In this document: one piece after another, positions 38,851 through 50,036 of the stretch
Position numbering within the stretch: position 1 is the stretch's first letter
How the letters are laid out: each line of letters opens with the position of its first letter
NCBI RefSeq assembly: GCF_036321535.1
Contig: NC_087472.1
Span: 101,434,001-101,498,000 of the forward strand
Source: Camelus dromedarius
Taxonomy: Eukaryota
Direction: 5' to 3'
DNA length: 64,000 bases
The notes under the pieces: generated by a model
The model's database searches: none
What the model was told of the DNA's origin: nothing
The model's input: only the letters and a program-made list of their open reading frames with translations
Made by a program: the position numbers and the translations under genes

Positions 38851-40720
38851 GCTTTGTTCTTTCTCAAGATTGCTTTGGCTATTTGGGGTCTTTTGTGGTT
38901 GGATACAAATTTCAGGATTGTTTATTCTTTTTCTGTGGAAAATGCCATTGGAATTTTGATGGGGATTGCACTGAATCTGTAGATCACTTTAGGTAATATG
39001 GACATTTTAACAATATTAATTCTTCCAATCCAAGAGCATGAGATATCTTTACATTTATTTGTGTCTTCTTCAGTTTCTTTTCACAGTTGTCTTACAGTTT
39101 TCCATATACAGATCGTTCACCTCCTTGATTAAACTTATTCCAAAGCACTTTATTCTTTTTGATGCTATTGTGACTGGGATTGTTTCCTTTTCTTTTTCAG
39201 ATAGTTTGTTGTTAGTGAATAGAAACACAACTGATTTTTGTACATTGACTTTGTATCTTGCAACTCTACTGAATTTGTTTATTAGTTCTAACAGTTTTTT
39301 TGGTGTGGTCTTTAGGGTTTCCTATATATAAGATCATGTCATTGCGAAGACAACTTAATTTTTTCATTTTGGATTTGGATGGCTTTTGTTTCTTTTTCTT
39401 GTCTAACTGCTCTAGCTAGGACTTCCAGTACTATGTTGAATAGAAGTAGTGGGAGTGGGCACCCTTGTGTTCCTAATCTTAGAGGAAACACTTTTAGCTT
39501 TTCAGTGTTCTGTATGATACTGTGGACTCATCATATATGGCCTTAATTACATTGAGCTACATTCCTTCTATACCTAATTTATTGAGAGATTTTATTATGA
39601 AAAGATGTTGAATTTTGTCAAATGCTTTTCTACATCTATTGATATGGTCATGTGGTTTTTATCCTTCATCCTGTTAATGTGGTGTATCATGTTTATTGAT
39701 TTGGTATGTTGGACCATCTTTGCATCCCAGAAATAAACAGAACTACAGAAGACCCCAAATAGCCAAAGGAATCTTTAGCAAGAAGAACAAAGCTGGAGAC
39801 ATTACACTTCTTGATTTCAAACTATACTTCAAAGCTACAGTAGTCAAAACAGTATGGTACTGGCATAAAAACAGACACATAGACCACTGGAACATAATAG
39901 AGAGCTCAGAAACAAACCTACACACATATGATCAACTAATCTTTGGCCAGGGCTACAAGAATGCACAATGGGGAAAGGATAATCTTTTCAATAAATAAAA
40001 TGATGCTAAAAAAACTGGATATTCACGTGTATGAATGAAGTTGGGTCCTTTTCTTACACCATACACAAAAATTAACTCAAAACAGATTAAAGACTTAAAT
40101 GTAAAACCTGAAACTGTAAAACTCCTAGAATAAAACACAAAAAAAAGCTCCTTGACAGTGGTCTTGGCAATGACTTTGTGAATATGACATCAAAAGTACA
40201 AGCAACAAAAGCAAAAATAAACAAGCAGGATGACATCAAACTAAAAAGCTTCTAGACAGCAAAGGAAGTAACACAATGAAAAGGCAACCTGTCGAATGGA
40301 AGAAAATATTTGCAAACCATATATCTGAGGTATGTAATACAAGAAGTTAATATCCAGAATATATCAGGAACTCATACAACTCAATAGCAAAAAAATCACA
40401 AACAACCTGATTTTAAAACTGACAAAGGACATGAATAGACATTTTTCCAAGAGGTACAGATAACCAACATGTTTATGAAAAGGTGCTCAACAACACTAAT
40501 CAGAGAAATGCATATCTAAACCACAATGTGTTATCGCCTCACAACTGTTAAGACAGATATTATAAAAAAGACAAGAGATAATAAATAGAGGCAAGGGTAT
40601 GGAGAAAAGGGAACCCTTGGGAATGTAAATTGATGCAGCCATTATGGAAAACATTACGAAGGGTCCTCAAAAAATTAAAAATAGAACTACCATGTGATCC
40701 AGCAATCCCACTTCTGGGGT
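38851..40720. mobile_element. L1 ORF2 insertion with 5' inversion (38851-~39730 antisense, ~39735-40720 sense)
   Basis: Strand switch near 39730. The sense part encodes [24 protein letters not shown]. Confidence 0.85.
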
Positions 40721-40799
40721 TTGTTGCTATTATGGCATACATTTATTTTGTATTAAATAAAAGACACATACACACAAATAAGATGCAAATATTATAACT

Positions 40800-41480
40800 T
40801 AATTAATGAGTGAGAGCAATAAACTAAAAATCACCTTAGGTATATAAGTAGAAAGGACACAAAGAAAAATGGCCCATCTTCCTAGTAATCAGAGAAATAT
40901 AGTTTAAAACAAAATGAGACAAATCTTTTGGCCTAGGCTAGTAAGTACTCATAAGGCAAGTACTTTCGAAGCTCGTATTTGGAGTTGTAAGTGGAAAATC
41001 CTTTATCAGTTTGGCAATATATAAATGTTTCTGTGTCTTCCCCAGAAATATTACAGCTGTGTATTTATTCTGAGAACTATTAATGCGAAACATTGACATA
41101 CACAAAGATACTAATTATAGAGTTCTTTACAACAGCAGAATTTGGAAATAGCCTACACATCCAACAGTAGGGCAAAAGCTAAGTATATGGTGATGAATCC
41201 ATTTAATAAAATTGTTTATTGAACTACTGAAAATGTTTATTGTGATTATGTAATATTATTAGAATGCATGGGAAATGCTTATTACTTGAAGATATTTAGA
41301 GACAAAAGCAGGACTAAAATCACATGTAATATTATTTCACTTGAGTAATGCTATCAAAAGAAAAACTTAGAGGGAATATACAAATTTGAGAGTGGTTATG
41401 ATTGAATGGTTATACTGAAGATAGAATAGCCTTTATACTTTAATTTGTAATGAATGCTATAATGAAAAATCATTTTTAAA
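40800..41480 (+). mobile_element. Very old L1ME-like 3' fragment
   Basis: ctagtaatcagagaaat..tttggcaatat..tttggaaatagcctacacatccaacagtaggg. Confidence 0.5.
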
Positions 41481-42956
41481 AGAATGAATTAAATGTATTT
41501 GGCAGTATTTCTACATTACACAAATATTTTATTTTTTAAAGGTCACTTCTGTTTGCAAATAAAATGTTTTTGTTTTTCAAAAAAAACAAAAACAACCACT
41601 ATAAATCTCTAACGAAGACCCATCTAACAGGAGTGAAAGAGCTAATCCGGAATGGTGATAGTCTGCAAGTTATGCAAATACCCTTGTCAAGTTTGGGGGC
41701 AGTCTTTTTAAGGCAGGACATTAGTGAGTGAAAAACCAACTCTGTCCTATGCAGACAGCAATGTGGACCTCAGAGACTAATGGGGACTCTGGTGAGTGGG
41801 GTCAGGTGGTGAGGCTATAATTCCAATGGAAGGCATGAGAGCTATGCAGAGAAACAGACCCAGAGGCCTAATCATAGGGCTGGATCCAATGTGGGGGAGG
41901 GTCATGGAGAGGACCGCCTGGTGAATGCTGTGAACTGGTGAATGTGGCTGAGTAGTGCATCAGGGACACTGGGAGAAGCCAGCTTCATCTCAGACTCACA
42001 CATTGGTGGTCTGGCTCAGAAATTAAGCAGGAATAATCCTGGGGGCAAAGGGTGTCAGATATTCACCTGATATCTGATACCTGAGGGGCCGAGGTAAGCA
42101 GGGGCTGACGGCAAGAAATCTGGGGAAAGCACCTGGGTGTTGACTTGGCAGAGAGGCCACAGATGCAGAGGATGCAGTGAGAACTGCTAGCCATCCTAGC
42201 AAGAGAGATTTTACTCTTGCTCTCTTTTCTTCCTTCTATAAAATTGTTCCATTCATAAAATTCAATAATTTGAGAAATTCTCCCAACTGAAGAAAAATGA
42301 AATGATTAAAGTTCCTTCTGTATTATACATTGATTTTCCTGTTCAAAAATGAATGACCTTGCAACTCCTTTCACCCTTGAACTTAGAGCAGTGGAAACCT
42401 TGTCAGTTCTGTTGGAGAGACTTGCCATGCATGAATTGGGCAAACCTAATAGTCCATCCACACACTGAAGTTGCAGGAACATGCAGCGCCTTTTGTGGCA
42501 CAAACCATTTGTGAGAATGATGGCCACGTTCTCGTTTGTTTATAAGCTGCATGCTAGCGAGGTCAGATGCTGCGTATCTGTGGGAGAACAATAGATTTGA
42601 TGGCTGAGGAAGCCCTCGGTAGCTCTTCTTCCAAGAGACAATTGCAGACAGAGAGTCTTGCCCTGACCACAGGGCCAGGCACAGGGGACTGCGGTTTTCC
42701 ATGATTGGGGATATTTAGGGGCCACCGCTTTTTTTCCCCTTTAACATTAACACTCCTGCCTTGGAGTGTCTCAGTAGTTATTTTTTATGATTGTTTTGGA
42801 TAATATTCTAATTATCAGTGCTCATTACTCCAGGGCAACTTTGCCGATGTTTCCTTTCTCACTAGGAGCTCAATCTGGCTCATTTGTGAATGGATTTTTA
42901 AGAAAGGAAAAGGTGTCTGACACCTGGAAACAGAAGAAGAGTTGGCAGGCGTAGAG

Positions 42957-42958
<2 letters not shown>

Positions 42959-42999
<41 letters not shown>

Positions 43000-43012
43000 T
43001 GTCTGTCTGTCT
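42959..43012. repeat. (TG)n(TCTG)n microsatellite
   Basis: Directly visible. Confidence 0.97.
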
Positions 43013-43555
43013 CTGAGCATCATTTTCCCCATTGGAAGGCAGGCTGGTGTGTGGCCATCTCTGAGCTAGCTATCCTTGGTCCTTTATGTGCCAGTATTTT
43101 AATCACACTCACGCCATAATTGGCCTTGTTATTCCATTCCAGCAAGTCACCTCTCCAAAACCAAATCTGGATCTATTTGCCACTTCACCAAAACCCACTG
43201 CCTTATTATTTCATGCCCCTGCCTCCACATCTCTTTCCCGGCTATAATTTTTTGTTTCTGGTCCTTTCTTCGTGACGAAATGCACGCTACTCTGGCTTCT
43301 CGTCTCATGCAACCTGGCTTCTCACTTGGCTTGTACAGGGCTCTGCATTGATTTGGACAAACCCTGACAGCCTCAGGTGACGGTCACATGGCTCCAACCC
43401 CAAACCCACTCTGTCCACATGCTCGCTCCACACAGAAAAGGAAAGCGTGTTTCACGGTTACAAGACTTGTACAAGATGGGAGATATTGACTCTCCTTAGA
43501 AATAAGACCAAAGCACAGACGTGAGGGGAGATAATCATGAATTTAACTACTACTT

Positions 43556-44105
43556 TTTTAAGGTTTATTTTAATTTTTTTTATCGAAATGTAGTTGATTT
43601 ACAGTGTTTCAGGTGTACAGCAAAGTGATTTAGCTATACATACAGATATATTCTTTTTCAGATTCTCTCCCACTTAGGTTATTGTAAGATATTGAATATA
43701 GTTCCCTGTGCTGTATAGTAGGTCTTTGTTGTTTATTTTATATATAGTAATGTGTATCTGTTAACCCCAAACTCCTAATTTATCCCTCCCCCCTTTCCCT
43801 TTTGGTAACCATAAGTTCCTTTTCTATGTCTGTGATTTTATTTCTTTTTTGTAAATAAGTACATTTGTATTTTTTTAGGTTCCACATATAAGTGATATCA
43901 TATGATATTTGTCTTTCTCTGTCTGACTTACTTCACTTAGTATGACGATCTCCAGGCCCATCCATGTTACTGCAAATGGCATTGTTTCATTCCTTTTTAA
44001 GACTGAGTAGTATTCCATTATGTATATATACATGTATGTATATAAATATACCACAACTTCTTTTTCCATTCATCTATCAATGGACATTTAGGTTGTTTCC
44101 ATGTC
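43556..44105 (-). mobile_element. 5'-truncated LINE-1 3' end
   Basis: Minus translation EIVILSEVSQTEKDKYHMISLICG. Degenerate TSD tttaactactactt (43542) / tttaaccatcactt (44106). Confidence 0.9.
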
Positions 44106-44644
44106 TTTAACCATCACTTACTGAAGGTCTCCTACATAAAGAGAACTGAAGTAGGTTCTGTGGGAGATGTAATCCATGGGTCCTCCCTTGATGCTGACAG
44201 TCAAGTCGGAAAAACAAGACATAAAGGGGATGGCGGCTACTGCCGGTACAGTGGGTCCAGAGAGAGAATGTTCTGGCTCAAAGCCCCTCAGAGCAGTGGG
44301 AGGGCAGGAGGTAGAAATAAACTCTGCTGACCCTGAATGCAGGAGTCTTAGCCCTTTGTCAGAGGCAGGAGAGTGTCCTCGAGGCACTGCTAGCATGGAA
44401 ACCGTCACATGCCCAGTGGGCTTCCAAATCCAGCAGAACCATGGACTTCAACCATGTTCTAGTTTAGATCATTTTCTGTACTTGTCTTCAATCAGATTAA
44501 AATATCAGTTACTGACCTACTTACCTTCTCCACTTGTTTTTGTTAGATTTCTTGATTATAGAAAGGCCCTTACCCCCTTATCTGGGACTAAAGCAAACAA
44601 AACAAAGTGAAATGAAACAAAACAAAACAACCCTATAATCCTGC

Positions 44645-45295
44645 ATGTATGTCTTCAGATGCTTTCAGTTGCAAGCAGTAGAGACCTGACTCAAAGAAAC
44701 TTAACCTATAAAGAGCAATGTAATAGGAAGCGCAAGTTCAGGTAGCTCCAGAGGTGGTTGGTTTTTCTAGCAGTTCAATAACAGTCTCATAGCTCCAGGT
44801 TTTCTCTCTATTTTTGTTGTGCTGCCTTGAGCATCAGTTCCCTCCTAGCACCATAGTGACCATCCTGGTTTGTTGGTAAAACCAGTTTATGCCTTCTGCC
44901 CTGAAATAATTAGTAGTAGCAGCCCCTTCCTTCCTCAGTAATGTCCTAGTTTAGAGATCAATTATAGGATCACCTGCGTTGTGTTCTTGCTTCCAGTTTC
45001 ACATGCAGTTACATTATCTTCACATCCATTGGGAGAGGGAGGGATTCTCTCCTGAAACAGCAAGGACTTACCCATAAAGCCTCCAGCGAATCTCTCCTCT
45101 CATCTCTTTGGCCCAAATTATAGCAGGAGGGATGCAATTAGCCTCAGATCACACAGACCCCACCCTAAAGTTAGGATCAAATTGTAAGGTACATGATTTC
45201 ATAGAAGAATGATGGATACCTGAACAGTATTTGGGTTCTATTAGGAAAGAGGAAAGGCAAATGCAGAAGGGAGCAGCCACAAGCAAACCATTTAT
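44645..45295 (-). mobile_element. Old MLT1 (K/L-like) LTR fragments
   Basis: gatgctttcagttgcaag..ctgactcaaa; ctcatctctttggcccaaatt; gggttctattaggaaagaggaaagg. Confidence 0.5.
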
Positions 45296-46179
45296 AATGA
45301 GCCTGCTTCTTACTCTTGACAATTTGTGAAAATCCTCTGAAGTCAAATGCTCTCCTGATTGAGACTAGACAGAACAACAGCTGAACTATCAGAGACTTCA
45401 GTGCCAGGAAGGGACAGTACCTCACTACTCTGTGTGTTGTAGCAGGTAGCTTATTACTGTAAAGTAATAGCTCCTTGGGATATGTTTGTCAGTTGCCCAA
45501 CTGAAGGACCAACTCATGTATCCTTTGATTCAGTCTTTGCTAAAATTAGCAAAGATTTCACATGAACTCTATTATGCTCTTTGGATAAAATCAGGGTATA
45601 ATAAAGTTCATGTGAAATCTCCAAATGAAGAATACTGAAGCCCCCATGCTGACTGTATTAGAACTCTCTGTTCTATCAAAATAGTCAAACCCTTTGGGCT
45701 CTGGATATTCCTTAGGTCAAATGTCATTGCAGTTGGACTGTCTCTCTGAATGCTCTCCATTCTCTTTCCCTGAGCCTGGATTTGGTTTCAATCCTCTGTG
45801 ATTTAATTACCCCTTGCTATTCTTTTTAGCATTTATCCCTTTCACTTTGTGATTATGTTTTCAAATGCCTGCCTCATTCAGTTAGTCATCCAGTAAATAT
45901 TCTTAACCACCAGAATTTTTTGAAATAGTTTCAATTTTAAGTACATTATTCAACTTCAGTAGAATATAGACCCCTTAAGAATTTCTTGCAAGCAATCAAC
46001 CCTTTCCCCCAGTCATAGTCACACCCATGAGCGTTAAACTGACATCTACGACTTCAGAGCTTCCTGGAACTCCTAGAGAAATCCACAGTAATGCTCGTGC
46101 AGATTAGATCAAATCATGTCGGCTCAGCCATCAGCTCAAGTCACATATGTCTTCTACAGAGCGCATCAACACCCAGGGC

Positions 46180-47540
46180 CCAACAACTCTCAAATCTAGG
46201 TCTCCAGCTTAGATTTTGAACTCCAGACCTGCTCTTGCAGATGCCTACGGGACTTCTCTATGTGGCTACCCAACAGGTACTTCCAACTCAAGATGTCCTA
46301 ACCAGAACTCCCTGGAGCAGACACTGACGGTGTGCCACCCTCATCACTTGGATGCTTCCATTTCAGCGTGCTTCACAGACATCCAGCTGCCAGCATCTTC
46401 TCCCTGTGCCTGAGAAGGAATCTGCCAATTCTGGGTGGCAGGTTGAAATTGCCAGAAAATCAGCACCCCCTGGGCCCTTAACCAGCTTCCTCACCTCCTG
46501 AGTGGCACAACACTCTTTTCATCATGTCCAAGAGTTTGCCTGCGGGATTAAGCTCCAGTTGCCCATGACGGTGATTGGCCTTGATATCATCCCCCATTGG
46601 CTGCCATCTCCACTTCCCTACCAGGACTTCCTTCACCTTCACATTTAGGATCTGTTTCTGGGGGAACCTACGGCATTTATCATCTCCAGCCCCAAATCTA
46701 CTTGTCTTTCTAGGGACATCTATCTCAATGACCACACCCCCACCCAATTCAGAAAGCCAGGTGTCAGTTTCTCCAACTCCTCCTGTTTCCTTCATCATTA
46801 AGTCCTGTTGATTCTATATCCCAAGTACCACAACTCAAGTTCTGACCCTTCATCTCTGCTGGCACTGACTTGACTCAAACTCTGATCATTGCCACAGTCT
46901 CTCTCACCTGGTCTCCCAGCTGCCAATCCCATCCCGCTGCAATCAGCCCTTCATGCCCACCGCCAGAGTGGTCATTTCTCAACCCAAATCTTTCCCAGTC
47001 ACTCCCTTGCTTAAAGTTCTTCGATGCTCCCCACTGACTACAAGAAAAAGCTCCTTCACAGGACAGACCAGGGACCTCAAGGGACTGCTAGCTTCCTCCA
47101 CCCCTCCTTGCTGCTGTTCTTCTCAGCCCCCACTCAGCTTCACACAATATTTGTAGCCTCCAGATCCTAGCTTTAGTGCCTGATATTATTCCCTTCACTT
47201 GGAATGGCTTCCCATTCTTTGAAAAGCTCCCACTCCGCGCTCACTGCCCTGCTCTTAGCACCATCTCTATGCCATCTTTTCTGACTGCCCTGCTCCATGC
47301 CACTCCCTACACCTTCCTGTGCGGGGACAGGTCCACTCCTTTGGGATTCACCTAGCCCATTTTGTAACCCCTCATGTACACATAGTGTCACATTGTATTA
47401 CTAATAGTTTATTGACTGGCCTGCGAGCTCCTTGGGGTCAGCAAGACATGTTAACCATCTCTCTAACCACAGTCCTTAGTTCAGTGACTGGCATACAGCA
47501 GGTGCTTCATAGATGTTTATTGGATAAATGAATGAATCGC
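46180..47540 (+). mobile_element. L2 LINE 3' region, interrupted by an LTR16/33-like fragment (~46350-46675)
   Basis: Ends with the canonical L2 tail ctggcatacagcaggtgcttcatagatgtttattggataaatgaatgaat. Confidence 0.75.
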
Positions 47541-48564
47541 CCATCTGGCACGCAGGTGAAAACTAGATTATGAGTAGATGCTGTATTAGAGAAGTAGGAT
47601 ATAGATCAAAGAATCAGATCTGAAATGGGAAATTTCCTGCGTCCTTATTTAAAATCACCAAATACTAGAATTACAGAACTCAAAAATCACCCTGAGCAAC
47701 CCTGCAAGATTTTTTTGGTTCTTTCCTGCTATTTTGGTTTGTCCTTTCTTTCCTCCATTTTCCTAGGTAAACCTTTAACTGTATGAATGCAGTACTTCCA
47801 CATTAATGTCCCATTTCTGTCCCCGAACATCTCCTCCCCTGCCAATCCAGACCCTCCCTTTATGGACTCTTCCCCTTCTCTCTGCAAGGGCAGCCACAGT
47901 GAAAATACAGAGGGATACCACTGCACATTTCTCTGGAAATGGGGGCCATGATGCCTGTTTATTATGCATTAATCTGAATCAATATAGTCTTTCCTGAAAA
48001 CATAAGCACCTCAAAGGGCAGCAAATATGAATCACAATTGCCAGCGAGGATCAAACATTAACCCAGGGCTGTGATGAGGCCAACAAAAGAAATAGGCTAG
48101 TAATTGCCTTCCAGGATATCAGTCCCTACCTTATACACACATACCCCCTCAACACACACAAAACCTTTATGGATCTTTCATCCATGAACTTGCCCAATTA
48201 TAATTGTCCAGTTGTGTCTTTAGTTATATTCAGGCTAGATCCTGGCAACTGAGACCTCACATACCTGATCCAAGGACTCAGAACAGTTATGAATCTTTAG
48301 AGGAAGTCTTTGGCTTCTGACATGAATGAAGACACATTCACAGACATATATTTCCACAGGTATCATTAATGACTTACAGCTGATTTAAAACCCCTAGAGC
48401 CTTATTGAAACAAGTAGGAACTGGTACTTTCTGTTGATACTCATTTCTATCAGTTCTTAAACTTGCATTGTATGTCTTTCTTCTCTTATGTTGATTGGGT
48501 ACTTCTTAATTTAACTTTTTTTTTTTTTTCAAAAGAGGAAATTCCTTATCAAGGAATGGTACCA

Positions 48565-48825
48565 CCAGAGCTGACTTCTCCCTTAGGGGCAGTAGGCACC
48601 ATGCCTGAGGCCCAAAATACTTTCAGAGGCTCAGGGAAATGTTTTCATTTCTTTTAAAATCAGAAGAAAACGTGATCTTTTAGGTCAAAGAAAATGTTTT
48701 AATATATAATATTAATACATTTGTCTTTACACCAATGCAAACATAAAATGTAATTGTTACTATTTTTTTATGGAGGAAAGAGTCCACAAAGGCAAAGTGT
48801 CCATGCAAGGCATAATGTTTCTACC
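48565..48825. mobile_element. ORSL-like hAT-Tip100 non-autonomous element
   Basis: agtaggcaccatgcctgaggccca..ttcttttaaaatcagaagaaaa..ttttaggtcaaagaaaatgttttaatatataatattaat..tttttatggaggaa. Confidence 0.7.
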
Positions 48826-49803
48826 ACATTATGTTTGCAACACAACGAAGTTAAAATAGAACCTTTCAAACACAGGTTCCAGTTCTCATACTAATCATAA
48901 ACTTGCCAGGCTGCACACTCTGTGGGGCCACCCCAGGTTCTGCCTGACGCCACTAATGTGAGTGTTGGGGCTCAAGGAGGTCTGAACACGCAAAGGACAG
49001 CAAGAGTCAGACTACTGTCTGCTCAGATTCAAGTAATTTCTGCTCTGCCATTCTCTCTCAAATATCTGCATCCTATTTTGATTACCAGAAAACACTCTTT
49101 TCATCTTTAGGGATTAATTAAACCAGTGCAGTTGCTTCCTTTGCTCTCTTAAAACATTTATAGGATTTGGGGATTTTTTAACTTTGTTTTAAAATGATCA
49201 ATACTACTACTGCTACCTATGATTTATTTACTGGTTAGGGACCATATAGTCATCATCTCTGTCACTTCAGCTTCTTAGCCCAGTGTCTGGCAAACACTAG
49301 GTGCTTAATAAATGTTAGATTAACAACTGAATCACCTCTCAGGCAAGTCTGCGGAAATGCGATTATGTCCGTGGACTGATTTTGTCTTTAATAATCTCAT
49401 ACATTGTGAAAAGGGTCTTCGAGCTGTATCCCAACTGGCATTTTAAGGAGGTGGTCCCTGGGCCCTCAACACCTCTCCCGCCTCCATCCGCCAGCCACTT
49501 CCTCCCTCCTGGGCTCTGTTCTCGCTCTTCTCCATCCTGGGGTCTGGAATGGTCCCCAGCCCGCCGGGAGGCATCAGGGTCCGTGCTTGGGCCTCGCTCC
49601 CGAGCGTCGCCCCCCGACCCCCGCGCTCCGGCGCCCCTTCTGCCACCCCGCGCCTCCCACAGCCACGCCCTCCCCGTGGGCGAGATCACCTGTCCCTCCT
49701 CCGCCGCCGCCTCCTCCGGTACCCTTTCGCCCCCCTCCTGCTCCCCCTCCTCCGCCACCTCCCCCAAGCCCTCCCCTTCCCCGCCTCCTCCCACCCCTCG
49801 GTG

Positions 49804-49810
49804 TATATAG
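49804..49810 (+). promoter_or_regulatory. TATA-like box (tatatag), with a probable TSS near 49832
   Basis: The only AT-rich element within a very GC-rich tract. It lies ~28 bp upstream of gcAgac and follows a C-rich Sp/KLF-type tract. Confidence 0.65.
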
Positions 49811-49831
49811 TAAAGGCCGGGCGCCGCACGC

Positions 49832-50036
49832 AGACACACACTCGTCCGGACACAGGCGCATACACGCTCACGCACGACCGGCAGCGGCGGCGGCGACAGC
49901 AGCTCGGTGACAGCGGCGACGGCGGCTCCCACCGCTGCTCACCCCCTTCAGGCTGCCGGCGGCGAGGCCAGACCGGAGAGTTCCCGCACCCGCGACCACC
50001 CCGCGGCTTCCTGGAGGCGGCGGCCGCGATTGCAAG
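49832..50036 (+). other. RAI2: Non-coding first exon (5' UTR) of a Pol II gene; tentatively RAI2
   Basis: Follows the TATA-like box, has no ATG, and ends at donor AAG|GTAGCG with a G-rich intron after it. No coding exon is apparent in the next 14 kb. The gene name rests only on recalled similarity to the human RAI2 5' UTR plus compatible architecture; the exon call is firmer than the name. Confidence 0.45.

Noticed and set aside
19742..40742. ORFs with L1 ORF1/ORF2 similarity considered as genes
   Set aside because: Short fragments between stops and frameshifts within decayed retrotransposons.
42052..42080. Small hairpin gtgtcagatat..atatctgatac
   Set aside because: An 11-bp stem with one mismatch is expected by chance in 64 kb.
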